Below, piece after piece: positions 1 through 13,380 of a stretch of DNA of 64,000 bases (the stretch's first letter is position 1; each line of letters opens with the position of its first letter). A program made the translations under genes and the position numbers. The stretch is from Pocillopora damicornis (lineage: Eukaryota): NCBI RefSeq assembly GCF_003704095.1, contig NW_020844790.1, forward strand, positions 62,001 to 126,000, read 5' to 3'. The notes beneath the pieces are model-generated. The model was given only the letters and a program-made list of their open reading frames with translations, was not told the origin of the DNA and did not search any database.

Positions 1-24
1 GCGTCAATGGGCAGCATCACAAGA

Positions 25-212
25 CAATTTGGGGTTTATCAACTGAGTTGATTGTGTAAATTGGCCGCCGTAGAAAGTTTCTAAAGTTGACATTTTGAGC
101 TTTAGCTCATCGTCAGAGATAAGGATGAAGGACTAACGCTTTCACGTCAGCTGTAGAAACTCTCCACGGAGGCTGCTTTACACAATCAACTCAGTTGATG
201 AAACCAAATTAT
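25..212. repeat. Degenerate hairpin copy of the Penelope-like repeat
   Basis: Inverted arms tttatcaactgagttgattgtgtaaa / tttacacaatcaactcagttgatgaaa around a decayed gatgaaggactaacgct core. Confidence 0.65.
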
Positions 213-1297
213 CATGGAGCCCTCTCGTTCTCAGCGACATAAACTCGTTTAACGAATCGAAGGGGTTGTCTTTTAAAATTGATTCTTTCCATCAAGAGAG
301 GCAGTTGATAAAGGCCTGCAAATTAGTAAAATACTACACGCACCAAATAAATATCTTTAAGTTTCTTGTTTGTCGTGGACGTGACCAAGAACTTTCATTT
401 ATAAAAATAGTTGCAGCTGAAGGATTTCTGCTTAGAATGAGATTCTTCTGAAACTGTCTCCGCCAGATATGCTTACATGAAAACTTTCTAAGTTTTCGGT
501 TTACGCCCGTTCAACAATTCCTGTTTGCGACTGCAAAATATATTACAAATAATGCATTATTTGTTATGGAACTGCATTCATGATGCAAAAGTTTAATTCA
601 AAGAGTATTGTTGGATCGAGGATGGCCAGGACCAGAAGCGTATGCAGGGGACATCACACTGCTGTACTATGAACGTTAGGGCCTTTCATTAATTCTCGTG
701 TACCATTCAAACTGTTCATTAGGAACTTATGTAAATGCACTTGACCCCTGAAGGGTCCTGCCAACTTCCCGAGTGAGCTACCTGCCACTGTACAAATGCA
801 GCATCTCAGGTCTTCTTTCTTATTCATAAGAAAAACAATAACGTAGGCGGTATGCTTATTATACGTAAACTACACTCTTCATTGATGATTTCCAGCGATG
901 GATATTGACAATTTTGATATAGGTTTAGTGCAAATAAAACAGCTAGCATTTCAGCTTTTTAAAGAACGCATATGATAGTTGTCTTGTCTCGCGATGTTTC
1001 ACTGAAGCTAAAAGTATTATTCTTGCACTGTCATTACAACATTTGGCAGTCAAAACGACTTCCCCGCATCAGTGAATAGTCTGCTTGATAGCATGAAAAC
1101 TGAGTAGTGTTATCATAGAAGACGTGGTTACTCAGGCCAGAACCAGCTCTTTCAGCTTTCAAAATTTATCTTCCTCATTTACCGATTAAACGGTCCAGCC
1201 AAACAATTTTTGAAAAACAAAACAGCCGATCGGACTCTATTGTTAGCAATTTGATTTGAATCCACAGGACATAGGACAGTACAGGACGATGGATATC

Positions 1298-4200
1298 TCA
1301 GACATTAACTTGTACTTCTTCTGCTGGAAACCAGCTGTTCACGGACGCACTCCGTTCTACTTCGATTTTGGCACGTTCAGAACCCTCCGGGGACTTCCTT
1401 GGGCTGTCATTAGGATCCACTTGTAATGAGTCCCCCTTCCTTGGGCTGTCATTAAGATCCATCTGTAGTGAGTCCTTTCTCCTTGGGAGCAACATGGGCG
1501 TTATGGACCGCGGAGGCGTCCAGTCAATATGGGGAAGAATCCTATTTTTTCTTTGGGGCAGAATGGGCAGAATGGGCACACTGGAGTGACTGCTTCCAGC
1601 AGAATTCGGCCTCGAATTAGACTCAAAGTCTTTGATTTTGATAAGTGGAACTGTGAAATTGCGACTAACTTTTTCCTTATCTGCAGGCTGCGAGGTTTCC
1701 GGGCTATTATCGTTCTCCTTAGGATCTTCTGAAGTAACAACCGACTGCATATTCGATGATGGGGTTTCACTCCTCGAGAACTCAGTCAGCTGGGTTGAGG
1801 AACTCTGAACACTTTCCTTGTCGAAAAGTCTTTTTCTGAAAATTTTCATCAGGAAGAAGAAAACCACGACTGCTATTATGAAACAGACGAGAAAGGTGAC
1901 AGTCACAGAAATGCCGATAGCGGTAGATACTTGAGAGCCTGCAGTGCCTAAAACCGGACGTGCTGTTTGTGTAAAAGAAAACGAGAAAAAACTGTCAGTT
2001 TGTAACAAATGAATTCTTAAAATTGAATAACATTTTCTATTCATCCGCAGATACCAACTTCAATTAAAGGAGCCCTTTTGTTTAAGTCTCGTGACAATCT
2101 TTAGCAGGTGCAGCCGAATCGCGTCAGTAGAGACGTTGAGAGTTTGATGGTTGTTCGGAAAGTCGTTCGCATGATTAAACCATAAACTCTAATAAGTGAC
2201 CAAGACAGGATTTCTCCTTACAAGTTCAATAAAATACCAGGCAGGCAAGTGATGAGAATAAAGAAAATATCAATTAGGGGATTATTGGTTGATCCGGCCA
2301 ATACCAAATTCTCCAAACCAACATAATAAGGACTGTATGGCAGACAGTAAGGAGAATTACTAATGAGATCCTGGGAGTAAAAGGGTTGAAGCTGTAATTT
2401 ATTATAAGGAAAAATGGTGTAGGGTGCAGGAAAAGGGGGATGGGAAATGCGCATATAGTTTTCTTGTATAGCAAAAACTGTTAAGTTTCGTACTTTCCGT
2501 CGTCGTAAAATTCTCCATCACGGCGGTGGTTGTTCCGGGACTAGTAGTTGTTTCTGCATTCTTTCTTATAGAGAAAGTCTTGTGCAATCGTTGAAGAGAT
2601 TGTATTCCTGCCTGACTACTGACGCCATTTTTGGAAATCACAGATATATTGTAGACCGTATCTGAGTTGAGACCAGTTATCGTCACTTGGAGCGAGGTTA
2701 GGTCTACAGAACCAGGCCAGAACTGTGCACCGTTACAATATTTTGAACATGAACCAGAGTTTGAGCAAGTAGTACATTGAACGTCGTATTTAACGTCATT
2801 ACGCCCTCCGTTGTCTGCAGGCGGAGACCATGCAACCACCACAATGCTGTCTGTAAGTTCTGTGATGTTGATATCTTTGGGCTCTGAAGGAGGGGCTAAT
2901 AACATAAATACAGTTATATTACTTTCTAAACAAATCAAAAGTGTGTTGTATCAGTATGATGATTTATGATATGTATGTCAGAACGCTGCCTGTTTTCTTT
3001 TACTTAATTCTTTTCATGCAACGTTAGTTTCAAATGCAGGGATGATTCTTTAATCGGTTGGTTTTGCGGAGAGCCGGGATGGTGAACAGATCTGGAACTG
3101 ACGTTTCAAAAATTAATCTGGGTGCAAGTCAACGACAGAGTCAAGCAATCCTTACCAGTAAGAAACCGTCTACAATTAGCACATTCCTACCTGTGCAGTC
3201 ATCACTCACAGCATCCTCAGGGGCCCTGTAAAATCCATTATTGCAGATGCAAGAACTATGATTAGGATCAGGTGCACTGTTAGCAGGACATGCAGCACAA
3301 AAGCCATTACCAATTGACGCTTTATATCGGCCTGTCTGGCATCCTGAAAAGCACATTTACAAATAAAATTCAGAAAGAAATAAATTGACAGCTGAATTTT
3401 TAGGTCGTTAGAACCAAATAGATTTGGAAGGAGCTGCGTTGCTATAATTATTTCGGGTAAGTTTTTAGGCAGAACAAACTACATAAACTTGAAATAGTTT
3501 TCGATTATGAGTTCGGGAAAAAAAGAAAAACGCACAAGAGGTAATAAAAAGCAAAAAAAAATGAACAAGGAGTACAGGGTCGAAAACTGTTTGCTTTGCA
3601 TTCAAGATTCATTAGCTGTGACTTAATCGCGTAAGGAGAACCAACAGTAAATTTTCCAAGGATTTTTAAGACAAGCACGGTTGTGAAGGGTGCACAAAGA
3701 AAATAAAGCTAAATTTACACACTATTTAAACACTACATAGGGGGTTGTAACAGATGAATATCGGAACTTGTATAGGTACACTGCTAGACCAATTTCGATG
3801 TCTAAGAAAATTAATTTAAATTGTCAGAGGAAAACGTGGATGTGCAAAGAAGGGCGTATTTGAAAACAAAAGTCCCTCTTACCGACGCACTTGTCTCCCA
3901 CTAATTCATATCCAACTGAACATTGACATGTGACCTGACTGTCCATCATCCATTGACCAGAACTAAGACACGTAAGAGAGAGTGTGCTGTTGCTGGGATA
4001 TGGCGATGCCTTTTCAGAACAGTTGCCTTTGACAGTAGTGTTTTGCTGGCTCGACGAAGGTGCAGCAATCTTTTGGAAGACAACTCCCTGATTGACAACA
4101 GTTGGACAGTATAAGTATGACAAAGTAACAGATGTAAGCGATAGGCAGGCGCCTGTGTCTCGAAACCCAAAGTAGATGCCGAAACTATTAACAGCTAAGG

Positions 4201-7200
4201 TCAAATTAACTTGATTGACTTGGGAAGGATCCTGTTGCGTCCAAAGATTGGTGGCATTGACGGTTTCCACAAATGTGAAATTACCGGATTTAATATCGCG
4301 CTTAGTTACGCCACTTGCAAAAGGCCCTTCCGTTTGAAGCGCGTAAACGCTGAAGCTCTCTTTGCAAAAGTTAAGTTCAGCAGGACACTTTCCAACCATG
4401 AATGTAAGCCCGAGTCGAACTTCGTTTGCTCCCTGTAGGTCAACATACTCTGAGATCAGCCAGCTGTTTGTATGATTAGTTCTTGTTTCCGAAAGATCGC
4501 ACACAGCGTAAGATCCACTGATTCCATCCTGGGACCACTAAAATCAAATAAATATAATATCACAACGATACTCTTTGAAATAATCATGTTGAAAAGAAGA
4601 AATAAAGCTTCGACGACACTGATCAATAAAAAATTACTAAAAAAGACTAGATAAAAAAAACTGTCACAGAAAGATATAATTTTTTCATTGTAGAAATGTA
4701 ACTCGTAAAGGGGAGGTTGGAAATCTTTTCGTGATAGATTGCCAGGCCGCTAACAATTTACATTAGCGAAGGATGAGCCCTATGCTCAGAAATCTTGAAA
4801 GGACCGTCTCGAATAAGTCTCTTGGCCAGGATAAAACGCCGCGTTGATCGGCCATGGACAGCCACGAATATAAGGGAACAGGGCGGGTCGAATTATCATG
4901 ATGAATGAATGAAGCTTTGTAAGATTTTTACCAATAAATATTGCTGACTTATCAGCCTGCTGGTATGAAATTAATGTGTTATTTTCTACTTAGTTATCTT
5001 TTATTCTCTTTCAGGCACCATGTTAACTAGACATCGATTGGTCTTTCAGCTAAATAGTTTTGTTCTTTTTAGCGCAGTTACTATATTCACCCAAGTAGGA
5101 CCTAAGATTTAAAACCTCGAAAACTTTGCGTTTTGATGAACTGGAGGGTACTTGAGGTCAGCTCTCCTTGTTGGGATCAGATGGTCAAACAGAGTCAAAG
5201 ACAGTTCATCGATAAGTTTTCGAGGTCTTAGAACTTTGGTCTTAGTTATTGAGACACCCGTGTAGCTTTGCATCGTGCCGGAAGAGGTTAGAATGTGTTT
5301 ACCACCCTTGAGGCTAATTTTACTTTTCTGTGAGGGAATAACGTACATGCCGCGATCCACACATACTGGTGTACCGTGTAAATACACCTAGCTATGAGTG
5401 AAAAACACTTTCAAGCTAGTTTTCAAGTATGAAACAGAAGATATACAAAACAAATATTGTTGCTGTTGTTGTTTTTAAAAAAAACATTGGGATCAAGACA
5501 GACTTAGCAGGTCTAATTTTCTTATGTTATTTTAAAAAGCACTGAAAGATAGTGCCGCTCTATTTTTGTCCGGTGTTGAGTTCCAATAAGCTGGTGTATG
5601 AACGAAGTTCTCTGAAAAGATTATGAAGATCGATTTGTTTGTTCCTAGTTGTTAATTGAGGTGGTGAAGTTTTTTGTTTAAGAGTTAAGAGCCAACTCAA
5701 AAGTAAATTGAGGTAAGTGTGGTGATGACGTTACAGAGGCTCATGTCAGATTATTCATTATGGCCCCATAGCGAAACCTGTAGAATATTACAGAATTTTA
5801 TGATATTATTTTCTAAGACAAGATAAACTCTTTAATACACGTATACGTTTTGGCAAGAACACACGGAGTTTTAGTAACAAGAGAAAACCAAATACGAATA
5901 AGTGCAGTGCTAGATCATCGATGGAATACAATGCTATTACGTAATTCAGTTTTGGCACAAGAAAATCCGAGAGCCTTCGCAAACTAATTATCACAACTTA
6001 AAAGCCCGTTCAATGACAAACGGAATACAAGGGTTTTAGAGTGGGACGGTAGTGGTAAATTACAAGATACAGGACGGATTAACTTCGCATTTGAAACCGA
6101 TTTCACAGTCATTATCTGGCGCCAGGCTGGCCTCGCAGAACACAAACCCTCCCGACTTCATGGAGCCAAACTATCCGAACGTCATCCAGAACAATCAGAG
6201 TTTAGTTAGTGGTAGGTTTTAACTAATCTTTCAGTCTATTAGCGATAATAAGTCTTAAACGATGCTTTACCATGTCGGGATTACAGGTAGTGGCGATACC
6301 ATTCATAGGACAAGTAGTTGTTTTCAACGGCGAAACGATTAAAGAAAATATTTGGATACGTAACCTTTTGGACATGTGAAAATAAACCATTGTTTGCGAA
6401 TAATTGATCTACGAAAACAGCAATTCTAGAGAATTTACTGGCGCCAGTTAATCAAATCAGCGTCTCTGAATTGCGTCATTTTAGTAAATTCAAAAGGTTC
6501 CGATCCCTTTCACTTCATTGATTCATTAAAAGGAGTCTCGTCAAGGAGATGCGAATTGAAAGCATTGTAGCTCGATGGGCTCTAAGTTGATCATGTAGAA
6601 CGCATGGGTTTATCTACCCTCACGAAAACGTCCAAAGGAAAAAATTGATTAGGTTTACAGAAAAGATTAATATTTTGTACTACCACTGCATTTTTCCAAA
6701 CTTGGGATTAACCTTTGAGGCTAGAAAGTAAAAGCATTGTGACTTCTTTGGAAAGCAAAAACGCAGTTTAAAAATTAACGTTAACGATTCCTACGCAATC
6801 TAAGCGAGTGACCCAGTGCATCCTTGCCCTGTGACATGCTATGGAATCATTCTGTTTCGTTATATTTAACAGTAGGTGATAAACAAATACAGAAGCTGTC
6901 AATTGTTATTACAATATGATCAAATCATTCACACTGTAATGGTTCTCCCTTTACTAACTCTAACGTAAGGTATAACCAGCACTGTATGTACTCTAATTGA
7001 CTGATGTTTTGTCTTCGAAAACTAAGTGGCTGTAACTGTCTTTTCGTTGTGTATCTTGGTACGTACAAAAAGGTGGAAAGAGAGAATCATTGATAAAGAA
7101 CAAAATAACTAAGCATTCCGGCCTCTATCTTCTGTAGAGCAAATATCTCACGAACTTCGAGCTGCGCGCGGGTGGGTAAACTTATTTTCCACGGCCCTAT

Positions 7201-10200
7201 TTGGCTTTGTCGCTCGGTTATTATAGAAACAAACCTGGCTTAGTTATCCGTAAGAAGGCTTGCTTCTTTTTTGATCATAGCGAACTGATCAAACTTGCGC
7301 AGATTTTACTTAAGAGCTCGAATTGCACGCTAATACTTGACCAGCGCCCCTTTTTCACTGGAAGAATTTCAAGCACTTGCAAAAAGTCATTGGAGTGCGA
7401 CTTATCAAAAGCGAAGTTATAATTCTGGCAAAAATACTTTAAAAAGGAGTCCATTTCAAAAATTTGATCTCCAGTAAGAGTTTTATAGAAACTAGAAAGT
7501 GAGTACGCACGAAAGTTTTTCCAAATTAAATATTCTTTTTCCGCTAAAAAATGTCGGGAATGGCGTCAAGAGTGAAAAGGGTCACTGCATCAGAGAGATA
7601 AATAATCCATATTTTCAATGTGTTTTGGATTTGTGTGTTGACGACGAGGCGTAACCAGAATGGACATAAAAGGAGCGGCATAAAAGAGAGCGCTATTATG
7701 AAAATACCAATGCACAAAGCTGTGGACTAAATTAATTTTGTTTCCTTACTAAGTAGGGGGTAAAATTCGGTCGTAGAGACAAAAACTGTTGTAAGAAAGA
7801 ATTTTTCCCTAATAAAATTTTGAACTGATGTAATTCAACTGCCCATCGAGATATCACATATATTGTTGTGACTAAAGGAAAAGGGGTATTTTTTTTCCTT
7901 GCAAAAAACTGTCTACAGGTAGTTTGATATTTTAATGACGAAACCCTTATCGCAAATGGTGCGGATTTGGGTTGTAGCATTTGAGACAGTTTGTGGGTAT
8001 GTTACCGAATTTGCGTGCGTTTTGATATAGCTTAATACCAAAGGTTACGAAATCTTCGGAAACGTGACTTAGCGAGTTATTATATCGACGTCTATCTTCC
8101 GAAAGCCAGTATCAGATGGTTTAATTTTCTCATCTATAAGGCCAATTACAAGAAAGCGAAAAGATTAAAGGATTTACAATCTCTGGTGTTTAGATTGGAA
8201 TTAGTTCCTGTTTAAAAAGGCACAAACTGCTGTTGTATGAATTGTGCTTCGGGCTCAATAGGTTTGGCTAATTAAATTTAAGTTAAATCGCTTGGTTTTA
8301 AAAGAGTCGACTAGTTCGATTCATCGAAGGGTTCCGAACACGATTAGAATCATTAGCTTTTCAGATTCGATTAAACCTAACCTTATCTACGGAGACTATA
8401 ATGACCTTGTGACTGCGATCTAACGGGATCCAAGGACAATAAGCGCAGCATTCTTGTGACAGAACTTGCCGCCTGAAAAGTCCAGAGCAATTGATCACGA
8501 TATGAAATTAAGTTATGGTCTCGCGAGAGTGGACCCAGCTGATCAAATTCTTTCAAACGAGTCTGCTTTCTGATTAGCTTATCGTTAGACCCTTAGAATT
8601 TTTTTAGTAAAAGTCAATTTAGCCCCTAGATTGCAAGATCAAGAACTGGTCTTCAAGACATTGCACGCAGCTTCACTCGGAGTAGTTCATGGAGTAATTA
8701 CGGTCCAACTTGAATTTTTCCTTGCATTTCTGTCCATAAATGATAAAGAGCGAGGCATTTCTTGGTCTTCTTTTGTCATAAGGATATAACTTATTTGCAC
8801 TTTAGTCATTAAGACAGCATATTTTGTTGCGTCACTGTACAACAATAGAAGAAAGAAGTAGCGAATTTTAATATCGGTAGCCCCGTTACGAAATGGTTTT
8901 CTGTGATCGTGTTTCACAAAAAAATTGAAAGTTTTAGGGGAAAGAGAACCTTCAAAGAAGAACTTCACAATTCATCTTCTTAAGAATTCCCGTTTAAACT
9001 CGACTAAATGCGTCAAAACGCCGCTTTCAAGCTGTAAATCTTAAATTATACGGATTTGGACTGGCCGCTTTGTGACCATTACAAAGAAATTTTATTACGA
9101 ACCCAGTGAACATTCTGTGTTTATCACAATACAATAGCACTGCCGAACACGAGGTGTGGAGAACAATTAGAGATGACTATAAAAACTTCGAGGAGGTCTT
9201 CTTGGATAGCCTAAAGGCTCGCTTCTCAGTACTGACTTGTTTATAGAACTCTTAACGGAGAAGTAAACGGTTCTGCCCCCTTGGTGAAACACTGAATAAA
9301 GAACAAGAAGCTAGAAACGTGTTCGAAAAGTCATCTAAGAACATTTGTTTACGTTCTGTTGCTTGACGGTAAACAATGGCTGTCACAGAATAAATGAAAA
9401 CGAATGAGCTAATCTGTCATATTTTTATCCGTCGAAAGACAAGCATCTCTTCAAGTATTATTTTCAGAGAAAGTTTTTGTATTACAAAATTGTCTGGAAT
9501 ACAAGAAACTGAAAGCACTTCATTCAACTGTTTGTACCTACCCCATCCCTAAACATGACAGATTTCTAATACTTGAATTAGTACGGGCACGACACGCAAT
9601 TTAAGGGAGCTCATTTCTTATAAACATTCCAGCGAGGATAATAAAATATCCAAATTAACAAAGCGACATGGTTTTCACGGATATTGAGTAAACGATGGAG
9701 CTAATAATTGTGCTACCAGAGAATAAAAGAGGGCAATGATTATCACTAAGAGTTGGTTATCTGGTAACATTTATAGCCTAAAATGCATTTGAATATTGGA
9801 CCCACATGTCAAAAGGGGTTTCATTGGCTAACGCATAGACATAAATTGTAACGAATCAATATTGACCTGTGACCTGCGTATATCGCATTTATTTCCTTTT
9901 GTATCTATTGGGACAAATGGCAACCGTACTCGTTGCGACGCTTTGTGAATCAGTTTCCTAAGATACGATAGGTATATGTTTTTTTAATGGTTTGACGTAC
10001 AAAGAAGTTGTTTAAGGCCGTTGGCTTCGGCTCTCAAACTTAAACGTGCTTCCCTCGTATTGCAATAAAAAAAATATTGACATTCCATACCGAACCTTAC
10101 ACAGTGACATGGTACGCAATCTTAAAATTTGGCCTCGAGCTATTCCTATGAAACACGGCCGCCTAGTATCAAATCTCTTGAATTACTAATAGGTTTTCGT

Positions 10201-10686
10201 TTTTTGTATATATAAAAAAAAATAATTTTAATCAGGTATAACACAAGAGAACAAAGCTTAATTGGCAAAATTCTCAACTAGGCCCTAGCCATCCTAAGCG
10301 ACGTGTGTAACAAGGCTGTGCGAATTTTACAGAAGGGAATAAAATAAATCATTTCGCAAAAGACATAAATTTGCTCATGGCGAATACTCACCCCACTCCA
10401 TACGCCGAACTCAAAACGGGTCAACCATTGCCAGGAAGAGGGTGCATTTTTGTCTTTATTCAAGAGAACAGCTAAAATTATGATTCAAAAATAAACTAAT
10501 TAGAACAAAATCTCCTCTCTTGATTAACTGTTCACTGATCAGAACTGGTGAAAAACAAAAGTTGCGTTGAAGCAAAGATGAACATTTCTTGTACATACCT
10601 CTCTCTGCCATGGCCTTATAATGTGTCAGGCCAATGGAAACAAGAAACACCACTTCCAAAAGTTGTTTGAACTCCTTTGATTTCAT
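1298..10686 (-). CDS. Eph-receptor-like single-pass membrane protein A, lacking kinase and SAM (~680 aa). Exons 10686-10599, 10471-10392, 4537-3883, 3343-3191, 2895-2494, 1962-1298
   Basis: Six exons with GT-AG introns in phases 1,0,1,1,1 sum to 2043 nt. Domains: signal peptide (MKSKEFKQLLEVVFLVSIGL); Eph N-terminus AVLLN..SWQWLT..SG|W; ligand-binding motifs (YAVCD..NSWLISEYV, CKESFSVY, GIYFGFRDTGACLSL); Sushi/EGF (CQTGRYKA..CPANS..CICNNGFYRA); Eph FN3-1 (APPSEP..WSPPADNGGRNDVKY); T-rich stalk; TM (IGISVTVTFLVCFIIAVVVFFFL); S/P-rich tail ending EEVQVNV*. The exon 5 donor and exon 6 acceptor are the least certain boundaries. Confidence 0.88.
2178..2390. repeat. ~210-bp MITE-like dispersed repeat (family copy 1)
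   Basis: gtgaccaagacaggatttctccttaca..gtgatgagaataaagaaaatatcaattag..accaaattctccaaac..ggcagacagtaaggagaattactaatgagatcctgggagtaaaagggtt. Homologous copies at 21213-21440, 49965-50175 and 50785-50992. Confidence 0.8.
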
Positions 10687-11379
10687 ATCGGCAATTTCAG
10701 CACCTCAAAGCTAAGACTTTTCGTGTCTTACATTCACAAAAGATTTCAACCAAAATTTCCCTAGTTACTGTTTTTTCACGTAGAATTTCACAAATTTTGC
10801 GCAACTTTAGTATGCGATCTCTCAACACGCACAGAGAAGGAACACGAATGATTGTCCACAGTGGAGCTAGTCACCATAAGACATACAGATCTTGTACTTA
10901 ACTCTGTACTTTTGTGTATGCGGATTATGCAAATTAAAAAACCAATAGCTGAATGTAATAGAAAACGTCAAATGGTAAATTGTTTGGAATGATCGATGAC
11001 GCTGACGTCGTAAGTGGGATGTGAACAAGGTGTCAAAGCAACGTTGTACTGAAATAACCCTGAAATGATACTTTTATTACTTTGCATTCAGAATACTCTC
11101 TTTAAATTTAGACTGGCCAAAACCAAAGCAAACGGTAAGTTTTCCGTCACGTTTACGCTTAAACGGATTAAGCTAAAGGTAATTATTACGCCATTAAGGG
11201 AAAAATTTCCCAAGAGGTTTAAACTCACAAAACTGGTTGAGCGCTAAAATAGTATGGTCTGTGCATTAGGCATGGCACGATTTTCGACATAATGAAGCCC
11301 ACAGACATACAAGAGACGGATGATTTAGGGAAAGACTGAACACTAGGGCTATCAAGTCGCTCACCTGCCGAAGACTAAC

Positions 11380-11660
11380 CTGGATTATCTTGCACGAAAT
11401 AACGGATTAGGAGGATTTTGTTCCTTTCGGATGGGATGCCTAGAGTTCATAACTGATTTACCCCTCCAGTTACTCGTTAGATTTCCCTTACACCACAAAG
11501 TTTCAACTCGATCATCTATATTCCTGGGTAAAGGGAAACACTGTGAACATCAAATGTCTCCACCTTGAAAACCACACGCATCGGCTTAGTCATACACCTG
11601 TGGCTGAATGCGCATCTTTCGATTAAGAGTGGGCATGCTACCAAATCATGTGGCCATTGC
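11380..11660 (-). mobile_element. Highly degenerate SINE, probably the same class as 16905-17190
   Basis: Contains tatattcctgggtaaagggaaacactgtga, the reverse complement of a decayed SINE core, and ggatgggatgc. Confidence 0.4.
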
Positions 11661-13210
11661 TTTTCCCACTTTTTCGCTTTTTAAACAGTGTAGAAAAAGG
11701 ATGCTTTTCTTACAATAAAATTTCGAGCGTAAACATGCGTTTTTAAGCTGATAATTTGATCAAAATAATCATAAGTAAAAAGCTACATGATCTCAGTGTA
11801 GGTGAAGCGGTCGCTCGGTATTAGGCCATCGAAAATGCATTAAATAGTCGATTACCAGATCAGATAAATTGGAGCTGAAATAATCAAATTATCATGTTTG
11901 TCTGCTGATAACTACAACTCGCGTAACTTGAATTCCTTCTTAATGTTAGAGTTTAAGGGTGACCTGTAAGCTAGGTTACAAGACGCAACACTTGTATTGA
12001 AGGTTACATAAAGTGAAATAGTACATTCAGTGAGCCAAGAATTCCTGAGGCCAAAATGATCGAGCCGGACAAGTTCTAGCTATACTAAATATGTAAGATC
12101 TTGATCTGTCGGAAGCTGTTTGTATTCAAAAGTCTCGTTCAATTTTTACAAGAATACAGTTTGATTGTTTTATTCTTGTTAGCACTGCAGCGTGGAAATG
12201 TTTTTACTGTAAAGTGTTATCACCAGTTATTGTTTTGTGAATCAAAATTAAGTCATTTCCAGACCGATAAGAATTTTTACTAAACAAAAGGGCTTTCTTT
12301 TTACATCAACAAAGTGAAGTGCAGATCTTTTAAACGTTTCGCTTAAAAATAGATCAAATCTGAATCTCGAAGGAGGTCAAAAAGCCTATCCAGAGGCTGG
12401 ATACTACAGGACCTGATCAGCTATGACGGGTCTATCCCGATAAACGGGTTTAAAAGGTGAGATAAATGACAATATACTCGCTGAATTTTATATACCAAGG
12501 AAGAGTATTAACCAATCTGTGCGTTATTGAATCAAGATAAGCAAGTTTATTCCAGTAGAAAGACTGCGCTTGAACAATTAGTATTACACCTTCTTGTAGC
12601 GAAAATTTGACTCCCGCACAGGATAATGTCTGTCCATTGTTATAAACGTTTAGGCATTCTTCCTCGGTCATCAAAGGCTCTCACAGAATTGTTTCGCTCA
12701 AATTCGTTGAATCTGTTCTTAAACCCTCACAACTGATCATTCTGGCCGAATTGTGGCCGTAATTTAACCACCTTTGGCAAAAATCATTTGTTGGGTGAAA
12801 ATCTAAGTGGTCGCTGCTATTCAAGTTGTCGCTGTTTATACCAGAACATAGAGCAGAGCAAAGATCATTCCAAGTCTTGAGAAAAAGTTATTCATTAAAC
12901 TAATAAAGAAGATTCCGGTCAAATATTCAACGAAGAACAAAAAGGGTAAAGTTTTTTTATATTTTCCGTACTTTGTTTTAGCATGACGAGCGAGCTCAAA
13001 ACTGCAGCTTTGGAATATTTTTACAATTGCTAATTCACATTATTAGTACAGTTTTTATTTTAAAATCAGAGCTACGAATGTCATTCATAAATAAGTTTAC
13101 CTTATTTCTTCGACACTCAGCGTTTAATTTAGGATGGCCTGAGATTTTTGCTTCGTTCTGACTTTTTTTTTCGTTTGGTCGAGCTTCTTCACGAATGAAA
13201 TAAGATCTAG

Positions 13211-13334
13211 TAGGTAAATTAGTGCTAACAACTGAGTTGAAAACGTAAATTGGCCACCGTAAAGAATAAAAAAGCTGACGCTTCGAGCGTTAGCCCTTCG
13301 TCAAAGCGATTGATGCCCTGAATTACCTTCTATA

Positions 13335-13373
<39 letters not shown>

Positions 13374-13380
13374 TACTCCC
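13211..13380. mobile_element. Penelope-like repeat copy with 15-bp TSD and degenerate hammerhead motif on the minus strand
   Basis: Same family as 62823-63078 (aactgagttgaaaacgtaaattggccaccgtaaag..gctgacgcttcgagcgttagcccttcgtca..cccaccgacgcagcaccacagtttctttagaaac). Flanked by TGAAATAAGATCTAG at 13196-13210 and 13381-13395. Confidence 0.78.

Noticed and set aside
2218-2474. ORFs 2218-2454 and 2274-2474
   Set aside because: They read through a MITE copy inside an intron.
5109-8968. Short ORFs and splice-like sites in the 5.9-kb intron 2 of Eph-like A
   Set aside because: No recognisable domain; exons 2 and 3 join in frame without them, as in paralog B.
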